A stretch of DNA of 33,781 bases from contig NW_021832689.1 of NCBI RefSeq assembly GCF_006345805.1, positions 1 to 33,781 on the forward strand, given 5' to 3'. Origin of the DNA: Octopus sinensis. Lineage: Eukaryota. Shown here in pieces: positions 1 to 33,781 of this stretch (position 1 is its first letter; each line of letters starts with the position of its first letter). The notes beneath the pieces were generated by a model, which searched no databases, was not told the origin of the DNA, and saw nothing but the letters and a program-made list of their open reading frames with translations. A program made the translations under genes and the position numbers.

Positions 1-51
1 TTTGTGATTGGATTCGGTAGACAGAAACTAAAGAGACATATCATGTGTTTG

Positions 52-63
52 TATATATATATA

Positions 64-108
<45 letters not shown>

Positions 109-114
109 GTATGT

Positions 115-194
<80 letters not shown>

Positions 195-217
195 ATATGT
201 ATTATATTTATGTATAA

Positions 218-301
<84 letters not shown>

Positions 302-388
302 ATATATTTATGTATATATATATGTGTGTGTGTGGTGTGTAATATATATGCATATATATACACACATTATACATATATATATATGTAG

Positions 389-422
<34 letters not shown>

Positions 423-438
423 ATATATATGTATATAT

Positions 439-473
<35 letters not shown>

Positions 474-480
474 ATAATAT
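52..480. repeat. (AT)n microsatellite field
   Basis: Direct reading. Similar (AT)n fields at about 990-1060, 6200-6440, 13283-13375, 16195-16260, 16440-16710, 25345-25450, 28320-28410 and 32400-32800. Confidence 0.97.
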
Positions 481-549
481 TAGGGAATGAATCCAAAATT
501 ACAGGGAAAGATCAGATTTAGGGTTAAATCCAATTTTATAGTAAAATAT

Positions 550-621
550 TATATAATATAATTCGAGACAAAACCACTATTGGTTTTAAAATAGTGGTTT
601 TGTCTCGAATTATATTATATA
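550..621. repeat. Perfect 32-bp inverted repeat, 8-nt loop, within a repeat also present at about 7019-7140 (-)
   Basis: 550-581 / 590-621. The flank 480-581 is the reverse complement of about 7020-7137. Confidence 0.9.
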
Positions 622-981
622 TAATATATATCATATAATAATTTAAAATTTTATATTTTATATATATTTTGTATATTATATTAATTAATATTTATTTTTT
701 GTTTTTTTTGTTTGGTTTATGTCTATCACATTTGAGTACCTAATAGTGGTTTATCTCTAATTCAATTTATATATATATGATATATAATATATATATATAT
801 TATATATATATCTAATATATATATATATAATGCTATTTATTTACATTTATTTATGTTTATGTACTTTATTGATTTTTAGAATAATGTCTTTTATGGTATA
901 TTTAATTTTTTCTATATGGTGTAGATAATGTCTTTCACTATTGAATTACTTGATAGAGCTTTTTTCTCTCAATTATAACAT

Positions 982-1040
<59 letters not shown>

Positions 1041-1133
1041 TATATGTTTATATATATTTGCAACATTTCTCCTTAATTCTACATTAACACTGATATAATT
1101 AGAAAAAGAATCCGCATCGAAATCATTCTTTAC

Positions 1134-32006
<30,873 letters not shown>

Positions 32007-32270
32007 CTGAAACAAATAAGGAAAATTGTTTTGGTCTTAATGTTACATTTAGACAGACAGACATGTTTGCATATGTACATACATACACATACACATACGT
32101 ATATGTACGTACTCTTACACACGCGCACACCTTCGTTTTAGGGATCACCTTTACTTTGTTATCTCCCCTACTTTTTCGCTCTCCTGTGTGACACTTCCTT
32201 CCTGCAGTCGCCATGATAGATCGGTAGCCACTACACACATTTTTTTCTCTCCTTTTTTCTGTCTGTGTTC

Positions 32271-32306
32271 CTTTCTGTAGAAGAGCATAGGCTCGAAACA
32301 TAAAAG
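32271..32306 (+). ncRNA. Minimal hammerhead-like variant, second copy
   Basis: CTTT-CTGTAGA-A-GAGC-ATAG-GCTC-GAAAC-ATA-AAAG. Confidence 0.45.
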
Positions 32307-32396
32307 ACTTCTTCAATTCTTGAGTGTTATACTAATACATGTGTTTGTTTTCTACACCACCTGTCTTCGTCTTTTGTTTTTTTCGTGAACTCTCCT

Positions 32397-32428
<32 letters not shown>

Positions 32429-32756
32429 TAATATTTAAATAAATACACACACACACACATATATATACACACGAATACACACGCATACATCAATAATACA
32501 CAAACAATGATGTATAAACGTTATTTATACTTATACACATATATATGTACACATATATGTATACACATACATATTTATATGTGTATATATATATACACGC
32601 TCCTATGTGCACATATATATGTATGTATATGCACATTTATATATATGTATATATATATGCATATAAGTATATATGTATATATGCATATAAATATATATAT
32701 GATTATATGTATTAATATATATGCTTGTCACAAACATATTTAAACTAACCTAACTT

Positions 32757-32800
<44 letters not shown>

Positions 32801-32803
<3 letters not shown>

Positions 32804-33781
32804 GGGTTGGACAAAATAATGGAAACACCTAGCATCATAGTATCATAATTTTGAAATATCTATAAAACCGTGAAAAGTGTTTTTTTTTTATTATTAATGT
32901 TGCTTAATATGTTTTGCTAAAATTGCTGGTTCGTTTCAGATATCATCAGAAAAGGTAATTAAAATTCATTAAAATTACAGATCTATTGGACTTTCAAAGA
33001 GGTCGAATTGTTGGTGCTCGTATGGCAGGCAGGCACCAGCGTAACGAAATGTTTGGTGTATCATGAAGTACTGTCTCGAAAGTAATGACAGCCTTTGAGA
33101 AAGAGGAAGAAAACCTCCTCATTGAAACAAAATTCTGGAAGAAAACCAAAACTTTCAGATAGCGAACCATTGGACTCATACGTGAATTGTTAGAAAGGAT
33201 CACAAAAATTATTGTTCCCAAAATTATTGCAGAGCTTAATGACCACCTCCAGAACCCAGTTTCCACAAAAACTGTTCGCCAGGGAGTTGCACAAAGCCGG
33301 ATTTCATAGGAGGGCTGCAATCAGAAAACCACTACTTTCAAAAACAAACGTTGCAAAGCGTTTAGAGTGGTATAAAAACCTAAAGAGTGGTCCCTAGAGC
33401 AGTAGAAGAATGATATTTTCTCGGATGAGTCATCCTTTACTTTATTTCCGACCACCAGCCGAGTATACGTGTGGAAACAGCCAAAAGAAGCATTTGACCC
33501 AGGCTGCCTTCTTCGAACTGTTAAATGAGGAAGATCTATGATGATCTGGGGGCTACATCTTGGAAATCTGCCGGCCCAGTGGTCTCCCTTCATGGCAGAA
33601 TTAATAGTCAAGACTAAGCATTTTATCTGATCAAATTCATCCCATGATTGCGGAAGTGTTTCCGTAGAGAAACGCAATCTTTCAGGAATATAATGCACCA
33701 ATCCACACAGCAAAAATTGTTACTGAATGGCACAAGGAACATTCCAGTGAAGTTGAACATCATATCTGGCCACTACAGTCC
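32801..33781 (+). mobile_element. Degenerate Tc1-like DNA transposon (left end plus frameshifted transposase; runs off the window)
   Basis: Starts TA|CAGGGGTTGGACAAAATAATGGAAACACC after a (TA)n run. Broken frames give DFQRGRIVG, RKPKLS, RELHKAGFHRRAAIRKPLLS, FSDES (first catalytic D), MIWG, FQEYNAPIH (decayed QDNA) and WP. Several stops and indels. Confidence 0.92.

Noticed and set aside
32930-32950. Minus-strand CTGATGA-TATCT-GAAAC
   Set aside because: Only 5 nt between the core halves, so no stem II; it is inside the Tc1 leader.

Overview
Eukaryotic, very AT-rich, microsatellite- and SINE-saturated DNA. The repeat families look octopod-like, which is an inference from recalled repeat sequences and not from a search. 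One large minus-strand gene crosses the window, with both ends outside it. I reconstructed 20 GT-AG exons by hand (1134..32006, 3474 coding nt), several of them absent from the ORF track. In 5'->3' order they encode: C-type lectin (C-terminal half), LDLa, CUB x3, sushi/CCP x4, Ca-binding EGF x2, CCP x4, HYR x2. This is the N-terminal architecture of Uninflatable-type giant receptors (automatic annotation usually says SVEP1-like or CUB-and-sushi). Two junctions near the 5' end are each out of frame by one base at short homopolymers, so they are either assembly indels or real lesions. The introns hold at least four tRNA-derived SINE families, hAT/piggyBac-type MITEs, a non-autonomous Helitron, RLE-type LINE 3' ends, a decayed Tc1, a tRNA-Ser(UGA) relic and six fold-back inverted repeats. 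The most unusual signal is a recurring minimal type-I hammerhead-ribozyme-like motif with a palindromic stem III, found in several unrelated intronic repeats (2210, 7264-7349, 16314, 32271, half-motifs at 30220-30335). All visible copies are mutated or truncated in the catalytic core. Nearly all 60-180 aa ORFs in the supplied track are microsatellite or SINE artefacts.
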